Source: a bacterium (lineage in GTDB: Bacteria; Zhuqueibacterota; Zhuqueibacteria; Oceanimicrobiales; Oceanimicrobiaceae). Taken from it: a DNA stretch of 22,911 nt. Location: assembly GCA_046757525.1 (NCBI GenBank), contig JBHHYI010000059.1:1-22911 (forward strand), written 5' to 3'. Shown one piece after another: positions 7,349 to 15,046 of the stretch. The translations under genes and the position numbers were made by a program. The stretch's first letter is position 1. Each line of letters starts with the position of its first letter. The notes beneath the pieces are model-generated. The model saw only the letters and a program-made list of their open reading frames with translations, was not told the DNA's origin and did no database searches.

Positions 7349-8518
7349 ATGTCGCGGACCATCTTACATTTGGACATGGATGCTTTTTTTGCGGCGGTGG
7401 AGCAGTTGGATCACCCCGAGTATCGCGGCAAACCCGTCATTGTGGGAGCTGATCCCAGGGGAGGTCGAGGACGGGGCGTGGTAGCCACGGCCAGTTACGA
7501 GGCAAGAAAATATGGCCTTCATTCCGCCATGCCAATCTCCCAGGCCTATCGGCGCTGTCCCCACGGCATCTACCTGCGGGGCCGGTACCAACGCTATACC
7601 CAGGTTTCCCGGCAAGTGATGAAAATCTTGCACGAATTCAGCCCACTGATTGAAAAAATCAGCATCGATGAAGCCTTCGTGGAGATGACCGGGAGTTTGC
7701 ACTTCTTTGCAGGAAAAGAAAGCATGGGGCGCGAGGTCAAGAACCGCATTCGGGAAGAACTGCAACTCACGGCTTCGGTAGGGATTGCTTCCAATAAATT
7801 CATAGCCAAAATAGCTTCTGATTTGGAAAAGCCGGACGGCCTGGTGGTCGTCGAGGACGGCAAGGAAAAAGATTTTCTCAAACATTTGCCGATCGCAAGA
7901 CTGTGGGGGGTTGGCAAAAAGACCGAAGCAGCTTTGAACAAGATGGGCATCAAGACCATTGGCCAGATTGCTGAATTGCCGGAACCAGAGTTACACCGAA
8001 GGTTTGGCAAATGGGGCAATGCTCTCTGGCGGCTGGCCAATGGCATTGACAAGCGCCCGGTAGGAAGCTGGGGACCACAGAAATCCATCAGCCAGGAAAC
8101 CACTTTCGAAACAGATGTGGAGGATCTGGCCGTCCTGGAGAAGACGCTACTGCGCCTGGCAGACGACCTTTCCAGGCAGATGCGCAAGAACCATTTGAAA
8201 GGAAGGACGATTTCCCTGAAGATACGCCTGGAAGACTTTTCGACCTTTAACCGCAGCCGAACCCTTTCGGACTTTGTGAATTCGACCAAAATACTAAAAG
8301 CCGTGGCCATCGACCTTTTGCACAACTTTGACCGGAAGAACCTGAAAGTGCGCCTGTTGGGCATCGGGGTTTCCCAGTTAAGCTCGGTTTCCGGAGAACA
8401 ACTGGCCTTGTTTGAACCTGAAACACCCCTGGACGAAAAGCTGACCAGTTTGTTGGACACGCTCAAAGACAAATATGGCGATCAGGTGATTACCCGCGCC
8501 GCCATTTTAGATAAGTGA
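7349..8518 (+). CDS. dinB: DNA polymerase IV (Y family)
   Basis: HLDMDAFFA, SYEARKYG, SIDEAF, AKIASD..KP.G, RLLGIG, clamp-binding QLALF. Confidence 0.96.
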   Translation: MSRTILHLDMDAFFAAVEQLDHPEYRGKPVIVGADPRGGRGRGVVATASYEARKYGLHSAMPISQAYRRCPHGIYLRGRYQRYTQVSRQVMKILHEFSPLIEKISIDEAFVEMTGSLHFFAGKESMGREVKNRIREELQLTASVGIASNKFIAKIASDLEKPDGLVVVEDGKEKDFLKHLPIARLWGVGKKTEAALNKMGIKTIGQIAELPEPELHRRFGKWGNALWRLANGIDKRPVGSWGPQKSISQETTFETDVEDLAVLEKTLLRLADDLSRQMRKNHLKGRTISLKIRLEDFSTFNRSRTLSDFVNSTKILKAVAIDLLHNFDRKNLKVRLLGIGVSQLSSVSGEQLALFEPETPLDEKLTSLLDTLKDKYGDQVITRAAILDK

Positions 8519-8613
8519 TCTTTCCTCATTAGCCTGCTTTATTTACCAGTCTCCGGCTAGCAAATTTCTCGCCGACTCACACACCGTCTTTCTTTTTTTA
8601 CATTGCTGAACAA

Positions 8614-8635
8614 TGTCTTGTAAGGGCGTGAGACA
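8614..8635. promoter_or_regulatory. Candidate enhancer (bEBP upstream activating sequence)
   Basis: TGTCT-N12-AGACA about 115-135 bp upstream of a sigma54 site. Confidence 0.45.
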
Positions 8636-8749
8636 AATTCCCCGTTGACGACAATTTTAGGTTGTTACAAAACTATTTATTAACCTGCGTTAACAGCTTA
8701 AGTCTAAGGTTTTTATTAGATTCCAGAGAATGAGAACGGTTTTCTCAGA

Positions 8750-8765
8750 TGGCACAACCCTTGCT
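8750..8765 (+). promoter_or_regulatory. Sigma54 (-24/-12) promoter
   Basis: TGGCAC-AACCC-TTGCT matches TGGCAC-N5-TTGCW, 40 nt upstream of ATG 8806. Confidence 0.85.
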
Positions 8766-8805
8766 TTTCAGGGTGTGAGATTGATTAAGCGATAAGGGAA
8801 AGCCC

Positions 8806-9450
8806 ATGGAAACGTTCAAAAGGAATTTGCGACTCTTTGCTTTATTAGGAATTATTGGTTCTCTCCTAACCCATTGCTCGAATTCAGCCAGGTTGGTTTC
8901 AAATGCCTCCTTAGGGCAAAACATGCGTTATAAAATCAAAGCGGGAGACATGGTCGTCGTTCAATTCGGGCGTTACCCTGAATTAAACCAAACGCTCCAC
9001 GTACCGAGCAATGGAAGAGTCTCTCTGAAGGGGGTGGGGGAGTTCAAAGTTGCTGAGCTGACAGCCAAAGCTTTCGAGGCTGTTCTAAAGGAGAAATACG
9101 GAGCCTGGCTCTCTCGGCCCAGGATTCGAGTGCAGGTAGTGCCTGCCGCAAGGTTCAGCATCTATGTAGGTGGTGAAGTGCTCCGACCCGGACGGCTGCC
9201 CTATGCAGGCAAGTTAACCGTTGCCCGGGCCATATTGTTGGCAGGGGGGGTAAAGAACAACAATTCGGGCAAGTATGAAGTGACCATCTTTAGAAACCAG
9301 GGCCCAGAAGGCATAAAAATGTTCAAGTTAAAGCTTCAACATGTGGCTTCTAAGTGGGGCAAGAACAAAAACTTTGAACTGAATCCTTACGATGTGATTT
9401 TTGTCAAGAAAATTTTCAAAAAGAAATCGATTAATGGAAGGTTGATTTAG
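8806..9450 (+). CDS. Polysaccharide export (OPX/Wza-like) lipoprotein, Poly_export + SLBB domains
   Basis: Lipobox-like LLTH-C; YKIKAGD..PEL..V..NG.VSL..VG; YVGGEVLRPG; AILLAGG; LNPYDVIFV. Confidence 0.85.
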   Translation: METFKRNLRLFALLGIIGSLLTHCSNSARLVSNASLGQNMRYKIKAGDMVVVQFGRYPELNQTLHVPSNGRVSLKGVGEFKVAELTAKAFEAVLKEKYGAWLSRPRIRVQVVPAARFSIYVGGEVLRPGRLPYAGKLTVARAILLAGGVKNNNSGKYEVTIFRNQGPEGIKMFKLKLQHVASKWGKNKNFELNPYDVIFVKKIFKKKSINGRLI

Positions 9451-10266
9451 ATGAGAATTTTAGATGTGCAAAAGAAAAACCCAAAGACCTATTTAGATGA
9501 CAGCATGGACAGCGTCCCCAGTTTGCACCTTTTCGCAGACGATCATTCACGTCCCGGTCCATATTTTGACATTGACTTCGTTAAAGATTTTAAGCAGTCC
9601 CTGTGTCAGAGTTTAGACTTGGCGCGTGAACTAATCTCACCATCAGAAGAACAAGCCAAAGTGTTAACAGCATTAGGTGACATCGTACCCAGAGAATTCG
9701 TGCCTGGCCTCTTGATTCTAAAGAGTCGCATCTTGCAGTCCAGTCACAACGGGAGTGCAAAACTCTTGCTCTTTAATGCTCCTCACACACCGAACTCGAG
9801 CACAGAGATTCTGGGCTATTTCGCCAAGCTCGTCGCAAAAAGCGACGGCAAGCGCCTGCTCATGATAAATCTTAATTCCAAATCGCATAGCTATCATGAA
9901 CTGTTTGATGTGGCAAACAACCGCGGTCTATCTGAACTTCCAACAGACAAACGCATCATCCAGCGGACTGACTGTCACAACATCGACGTGGTGGTGGGTG
10001 GATCAAGCAATGGGAGTTTGGCTGCGCAGAACTCCTATAAACGGGTAGCGACGTTCATCCAATCGATCAGTTGTGAGTACGACCTGATTCTCCTTGACAC
10101 ACCACCCCTGAGCGAGTTGGAAAATGCGTTGACCCAGTCCAAATGCTCGTTACAGCGAGTATTGTTGTTGATTCACGACAACAAGGGTACCTGGGCCGGT
10201 TTAAAGGCGACTCGCGACCGTCTCGGAAAACATGGCGTGCAAATCATTGGGCTTCGGATAAATTGA
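9451..10266 (+). CDS. Degenerate CpsD/CapB (Wzc kinase domain)-like P-loop protein
   Basis: LKSRIL, KRLLMINLN, NRGLSEL, YDLILLDTPPL, IIGLRIN follow the BY-kinase layout; Walker A GK[ST] absent; abuts the wza-like stop. Confidence 0.7.
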   Translation: MRILDVQKKNPKTYLDDSMDSVPSLHLFADDHSRPGPYFDIDFVKDFKQSLCQSLDLARELISPSEEQAKVLTALGDIVPREFVPGLLILKSRILQSSHNGSAKLLLFNAPHTPNSSTEILGYFAKLVAKSDGKRLLMINLNSKSHSYHELFDVANNRGLSELPTDKRIIQRTDCHNIDVVVGGSSNGSLAAQNSYKRVATFIQSISCEYDLILLDTPPLSELENALTQSKCSLQRVLLLIHDNKGTWAGLKATRDRLGKHGVQIIGLRIN

Positions 10267-10424
10267 TTCCACTGCCAGTGCATTCTGTCTAACACAGTAT
10301 GAGATCGGCTGTATTACCAGCTTGAACCTTACCTTTTCACAGAGCCAAATTGTTTCTCGTCCTGAACCAACGCTAACCTTCTTGCTGGGGGTTGCCGTTT
10401 CCCATAGTCAGGACACGAATTTCC

Positions 10425-10453
10425 TTGACTTCCAACCGCTATTTTAATATATT
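10425..10453 (+). promoter_or_regulatory. Sigma70 promoter of the GT2 operon
   Basis: TTGACT(10425-10430)-17-TATATT(10448-10453). Confidence 0.65.
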
Positions 10454-10615
10454 CTCTACTGTTTTGTCAAAAGTGAAGTGTAACCATTCCGCAACGTTGA
10501 TTGGGCATTAGATAGTTTTGCGGACAAGTGCGGAATAATTCACATACGGCTTGTGTTGATTAAACGATATGTTGTGTACAAGGATCATTAAAGGTTAGGA
10601 CGATTATTAGAAAAA

Positions 10616-12139
10616 ATGACTGGAATTGAAATAGGGTTGTTTGGTTTTTATGGATTTATACTATTCTTGCTGGTAATGTTTGGTTTTCATAAGTATTATT
10701 TGTTGTATTTGTATTGGAAATTCAAAAATAAACCCAGGCATCTTCCGGGCAAGTTTGAGAAATTGCCCAGAGTGACCGTTCAGCTCCCTATCTTTAACGA
10801 GAAATATGTTGTGGACCGTCTCATTAGATCCGTCTGTGCACTGGATTATCCAAAGGACTTATTGGAGATTCAATTGTTGGACGACTCCATCGATGAAACC
10901 CAGACCGTCGCGCAGAACTGTGTCACCCGCTACCAAAAGCAAGGCCACGACATAAGATACATTCACAGAAAGGGCAGGGAAGGGTTCAAGGCAGGCGCGT
11001 TGGAGTATGGTCTAAAGACTGCCCGGGGAGAATTCATAGCCATTTTCGATGCTGATTTTGTTCCCAACCCCCTTTTCCTAAAAGAGACCATACCGTATTT
11101 TGCACATCCAAACGTCGGTATGGTGCAAACACGGTGGGGTCATATCAATCGGGGCTATTCGCTGTTGACCCGCATTCAGTCGATTTTTTTGGATGGTCAT
11201 TTCATCATCGAACACACGGCCCGGAACCGATCGGGTAAGTTTTTTAACTTCAACGGCACCGCCGGCATTTGGCGCAAAGAAACGATAAAGTCGGCAGGGG
11301 GCTGGCAGCACGATACGCTCACAGAAGACCTCGATTTGAGTTACCGCGCCCAGTTGGCTGGGTGGGACTTCGTTTTCTTGCCCGATGTAGTAGCTCCCGC
11401 CGAACTGCCGGTGGAAATGAACGCGTACAAATCGCAACAACACCGTTGGGCGAAAGGCTCGGTGCAAACGGCGAAAAAACTGTTGCCGCAAATATTCAAG
11501 AGCGATATTCCATTCCTGGTTAAACTGGAAGCATCTATTCATTTGATCAGCAATTTGACCTATCTGTTCATGACCATCCCTTCGATATTGATGCCGATTA
11601 TTTTGCAATTACAGTTGCGTCGGGGTTGGGATTGGATGGTCTATCTCTATTTGTTCGTCTTTTTTGCCGCCACTTTGTCCATCATTTGTTACTATTTGAT
11701 TGCTCTGAAGGAGACCCAAACTTCCTGGAAACAACAGATCCCTTTCATTCCATTGCTCATGTCCCTGGGGATCGGGCTCTCGATCAACAATGCAAAGGCT
11801 GTGTTAGAGGCTTTGTTCAACCGGACTTCTGATTTCAAACGAACGCCAAAATACAGAATCGAGACCACACACGACAAGTGGCGCCACAAAACCTACCATA
11901 CAGATTTTAGTTTCTTGCCTGTATTAGAGCTCATGTTGGGAAGTTATTTTACGGCTGCATTGTTTAGTTTGCTGGGAGAAGGGCTGTTTGTTTCCGTGCC
12001 CTTTCTCATCTTATTTCAATTCGGTTTTGTCTACATTGGGATCATGTCTTTCTTGCAGTCAAAGCCGTTTAGAATGAATTTGCGCCACGTAAAATTGTAT
12101 TTCCTGAATAAATTGTTACTGGCGGGCAAGAGGCTCTGA
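10616..12139 (+). CDS. Membrane GT2 glycosyltransferase, cellulose-synthase/CslA-like
   Basis: DDS, FKAGAL, FDADF, TEDLDL, QQHRWAKG (D,D,D,QxxRW); N- and C-terminal TM helices. Confidence 0.92.
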   Translation: MTGIEIGLFGFYGFILFLLVMFGFHKYYLLYLYWKFKNKPRHLPGKFEKLPRVTVQLPIFNEKYVVDRLIRSVCALDYPKDLLEIQLLDDSIDETQTVAQNCVTRYQKQGHDIRYIHRKGREGFKAGALEYGLKTARGEFIAIFDADFVPNPLFLKETIPYFAHPNVGMVQTRWGHINRGYSLLTRIQSIFLDGHFIIEHTARNRSGKFFNFNGTAGIWRKETIKSAGGWQHDTLTEDLDLSYRAQLAGWDFVFLPDVVAPAELPVEMNAYKSQQHRWAKGSVQTAKKLLPQIFKSDIPFLVKLEASIHLISNLTYLFMTIPSILMPIILQLQLRRGWDWMVYLYLFVFFAATLSIICYYLIALKETQTSWKQQIPFIPLLMSLGIGLSINNAKAVLEALFNRTSDFKRTPKYRIETTHDKWRHKTYHTDFSFLPVLELMLGSYFTAALFSLLGEGLFVSVPFLILFQFGFVYIGIMSFLQSKPFRMNLRHVKLYFLNKLLLAGKRL

Positions 12140-12150
12140 TCGGTTTCGTT

Positions 12151-13038
12151 ATGCGCCTTGAACTGCTTATGAAGCTGTTGTCGACCAAATCGCTGTATTT
12201 CTTCGCGTTCCTGTTCACAACTAAATTGCTATTTGCGGGGGCCTGGACTCAGAAAAAAGGCCATTATTATGCTAAGCTGAGCGTACAGAGGTTTGCATCG
12301 AGGTCGCAATACCTTCTAAATGGAGATAAGGAGCGTCTGGCCGATAATGGCGAGATTATAGATTCCGGTGTGTTTTTTTATTTGGAGTATGGCCTGTTTA
12401 ACAACTTCACCATCGTCGGAAGCTTGCCCTTCAGAAGATTGAATTTCTCCTGTGCCACCAGCAATTGCGACAACACCACCACGGGCGTGGGCGACTTTTA
12501 CGGTGCTTTCCGCTACCAACTTTCGCAGAAACCCTGGGTTGTGTCCGTCCAGAGCGGCATTAAAGTCGCCTCCGGCTATGAAACCGATGAAGAAAAACTG
12601 AACTCTGCACCCCCTTTGGGGGATGGACAGACCGATGTTGATTTCCATCTTCTGCTGGGTCGTTCCATTCTGGACTATCGCGGCTACGTCAATGTTGACG
12701 TCGGGTATCGCGCCCGTTCTGGCGAACCGGTCGATGAAATCCCTTATGCTTTTGAGGCTGGTTTTGACCTGGCCAAGAATTACGTCCTCATCGGCCAACT
12801 GTATGGAGTCATAGGAATCTCAGAAAATGGACAGCAACAAGATTTTCGAGTCGCCAACGGCCAGGTACAGAATTTTGTTGGCACCGGTGCCGTGGAAGAG
12901 TTCTTGAAGGGTCAGTTACAGTTGGTTTACCACTTAAACCCTGTCCTCGATTTATCCTTCGTTTTTGAGCAGGTCCTCAACGGCAAAAATACCTCGCAGG
13001 CAACAATTCTCGGTGGTGGCATTTCGATTCACCGCTGA
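12151..13038 (+). CDS. Exported protein, probable outer-membrane beta-barrel
   Basis: Signal peptide ending LFA-GAWT; alternating strands, YLEYGL, G.GD, PLGDGQ.D; start may be ATG 12169. Confidence 0.65.
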   Translation: MRLELLMKLLSTKSLYFFAFLFTTKLLFAGAWTQKKGHYYAKLSVQRFASRSQYLLNGDKERLADNGEIIDSGVFFYLEYGLFNNFTIVGSLPFRRLNFSCATSNCDNTTTGVGDFYGAFRYQLSQKPWVVSVQSGIKVASGYETDEEKLNSAPPLGDGQTDVDFHLLLGRSILDYRGYVNVDVGYRARSGEPVDEIPYAFEAGFDLAKNYVLIGQLYGVIGISENGQQQDFRVANGQVQNFVGTGAVEEFLKGQLQLVYHLNPVLDLSFVFEQVLNGKNTSQATILGGGISIHR

Positions 13039-13044
13039 AAATCC

Positions 13045-13075
13045 TTGATATTTAGCAAAAAGCTTTTTATCTTTG
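13045..13075 (+). promoter_or_regulatory. Promoter of trxA
   Basis: TTGATA(13045-13050)-17-TATCTT(13068-13073); perfect palindrome AAAAAGCTTTTT at 13057-13068. Confidence 0.6.
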
Positions 13076-13184
13076 CGCTAACTGAAGTTGGCGGGAAATA
13101 ATACAAATTATCAAATTATTGCCGACAATTAAATTGCGAAGCATTAAAATTGACTGGAATGAGAAATCACTAAGGAGTGCTACT

Positions 13185-13508
13185 ATGAGTAAACCCATTA
13201 CCATTACTGATGATAATTTTGAATCAGAAGTCCTGGCGTCCGATGTACCTGTGTTAGTAGATTTTTGGGCAGATTGGTGCGGACCGTGTAAAATGATTGC
13301 CCCTTATGTGGAAGAACTGGCAGAGGAGTTAAGTGGGAAAGTGAAAATTGGTAAGTTAGATGTTGACACCAATCAAGCCGTTGCAGGTAAATATGGCATT
13401 CGCAGCATCCCTTCATTGCTAATCTTTAAGAATGGGCAAGTTGTCGACCAAATCGTTGGGGCGGTACCCAAAAACCAGATAAAGTCCCAATTGGATTTGG
13501 TCATCTAA
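13185..13508 (+). CDS. trxA: Thioredoxin
   Basis: [30 protein letters not shown] before ATG 13185; 107 aa. Confidence 0.97.
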   Translation: MSKPITITDDNFESEVLASDVPVLVDFWADWCGPCKMIAPYVEELAEELSGKVKIGKLDVDTNQAVAGKYGIRSIPSLLIFKNGQVVDQIVGAVPKNQIKSQLDLVI

Positions 13509-13534
13509 AACGAGAATCTTTGCTTTTACACATC

Positions 13535-13568
13535 AAGGCACTTGGAATTTCAAGTGCCTTATTTTTTT
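13535..13568 (+). terminator. Intrinsic terminator after trxA
   Basis: AAGGCACTTG-6nt-CAAGTGCCTT perfect 10-bp stem followed by A-T7. Confidence 0.85.
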
Positions 13569-13582
13569 GCGCGTTGACACAA

Positions 13583-14791
13583 ATGGAATACGATGTGGTA
13601 GTCGTTGGTGGTGGACCGGCTGGTCTCTCAGCTGCGTATACGGCTGCACAGTCCGGCGCCCGGGTTGTGCTCCTGGAGCGAAGCAAGGAAATCGGCTATC
13701 CGGTTCATACAAGCGGAGGTAGCTGGATCGCTGAATTGAAGCGGTTAGGCGTCCCCGATCGCTTCATGCACCCCATTCGGGTCGGCCAGTTCATTTCGGC
13801 GCGGGAAGAGGCCGTGTTTGAGTATTCCGACCCGCCAGGCTGCATTCTGGATGTGCGCGGACTTTATCAGTACCTGGCTGAAATGGCTTCCCTGGCGGGT
13901 GCTGAGATTTTTGTGAATACCGTGGCCACGAAGCCGATCTTTGAGTCTGGCACCCTTGCAGGGGTCAAGGCACGCCGCTTTGGGCGTGAGCAGATCTTCC
14001 GGGCGCCGTTGGTGGTGGATGCCAGCGGGGCGTCTTGTTTGGTGGCACGTCACCTGGGCCTAACCACGGGCTTTGACCGGGTCGGAGTTGGCGCAGAGTA
14101 CGATCTGGTGGCCCCGCATTGGCCTCAGGATCGGGTCGCTTTTCTGTTTGGGACGCAAGTGGCGCCTTCAGGCTACGCCTGGATTTTTCCGCACGGGCAG
14201 CAACGGGTGCGTTGCGGCGTGGGCCTCATTCACCCGGACTCCGACTGCGACCCCAGAACCTATCTGGAGAAATTGCTTGCCAACCCAAATCTCCTCGATG
14301 GTGCTTTGAATGCGATTAGCAGGATAGAGTACCATGCCGGTGTCATCCCCAGCGAAAACTTCTTGAAGCGCACCGTAACCGATGGGATGATGGTCGTTGG
14401 AGACGCTGGCGGCCTCATATCGACCCTCCTGGGCGAAGGGATTAGATTTGCCATCGAAATCGGTCGCATGGCCGGCAATGTCGCCGGAAAGGCGCTAACG
14501 TGCAAAAGGTTCGATGCCCCCTTTCTGGGTCAGTTTGAGAGCTTGTGGCAAAAGAAATACAAGAGAATATTCAGACTGGGGGCCTTTCTCAACAGGCGCA
14601 TGGCCCGCTACACAGATGCTCAATGGGATCGGAGAGTGAGAACACTGGCGGCTTTAGGCGCCGAATTGGTGCCAGCAGTTTTGAAAGGTGAATTCAGCAG
14701 CAGAAACATCCTTAAAATAGTTCGAAAAAACCCAGGTTTTCTTACAAAAACGGTCGCTTTGGCCCTGGCTTCTCTATGGAAAAATCCTTGA
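13583..14791 (+). CDS. Geranylgeranyl reductase-family FAD-dependent oxidoreductase
   Basis: DVVVVGGGPAG, VDASG, PSGYAWIFP, VGDAGG...GEGI; ATG 13583 preferred because the track extension runs through the terminator. Confidence 0.85.
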   Translation: MEYDVVVVGGGPAGLSAAYTAAQSGARVVLLERSKEIGYPVHTSGGSWIAELKRLGVPDRFMHPIRVGQFISAREEAVFEYSDPPGCILDVRGLYQYLAEMASLAGAEIFVNTVATKPIFESGTLAGVKARRFGREQIFRAPLVVDASGASCLVARHLGLTTGFDRVGVGAEYDLVAPHWPQDRVAFLFGTQVAPSGYAWIFPHGQQRVRCGVGLIHPDSDCDPRTYLEKLLANPNLLDGALNAISRIEYHAGVIPSENFLKRTVTDGMMVVGDAGGLISTLLGEGIRFAIEIGRMAGNVAGKALTCKRFDAPFLGQFESLWQKKYKRIFRLGAFLNRRMARYTDAQWDRRVRTLAALGAELVPAVLKGEFSSRNILKIVRKNPGFLTKTVALALASLWKNP

Positions 14792-14816
14792 TTTTAATTC
14801 TTAGAATTTATATTTT
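14788..14816 (+). promoter_or_regulatory. Probable sigma70 promoter for the manC leader
   Basis: TTGATT(14788-14793)-17-TATTTT(14811-14816); spacer palindrome AATTCT-T-AGAATT. Confidence 0.5.
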
Positions 14817-14963
14817 AGTTGTGGTTGAATTGTAGTGTTCATGGCAATTGATAAGCGAATTAGCAACCCACTATATAGGACAACAGAAGCGGAAGAATTG
14901 ACTAAAAGACGGCATCCCACTATTTTTTACAACATTTTGCTTTTCAAAATGCTTATTAAGTGT

Positions 14964-15017
14964 TGCCACTGGTTGAGCGGTGATAAATATCCCATTAACA
15001 GTGGCATTTTATTTTTT
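14964..15017 (+). terminator. Terminator-like hairpin in the manC leader
   Basis: TGCCACTG(14964-14971)/CAGTGGCA(14999-15006) with inner pairing, then TTTTATTTTTT. Confidence 0.55.
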
Positions 15018-15046
15018 GCCAAAGCTGAAAAGTGGAGAGTGCATAC

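Noticed and set aside
2584..8472. Long antisense ORFs (2584-3336, 3982-4713, 5546-6217, 7364-7885, 7594-8472)
   Set aside because: They are shadow frames of well-supported genes, with no motifs or RBS.
14842..14857. Sigma54 site TGGCAATTGATAAGC
   Set aside because: It has GG-N10-GC spacing, but the -12 element is AAGC rather than TTGC.
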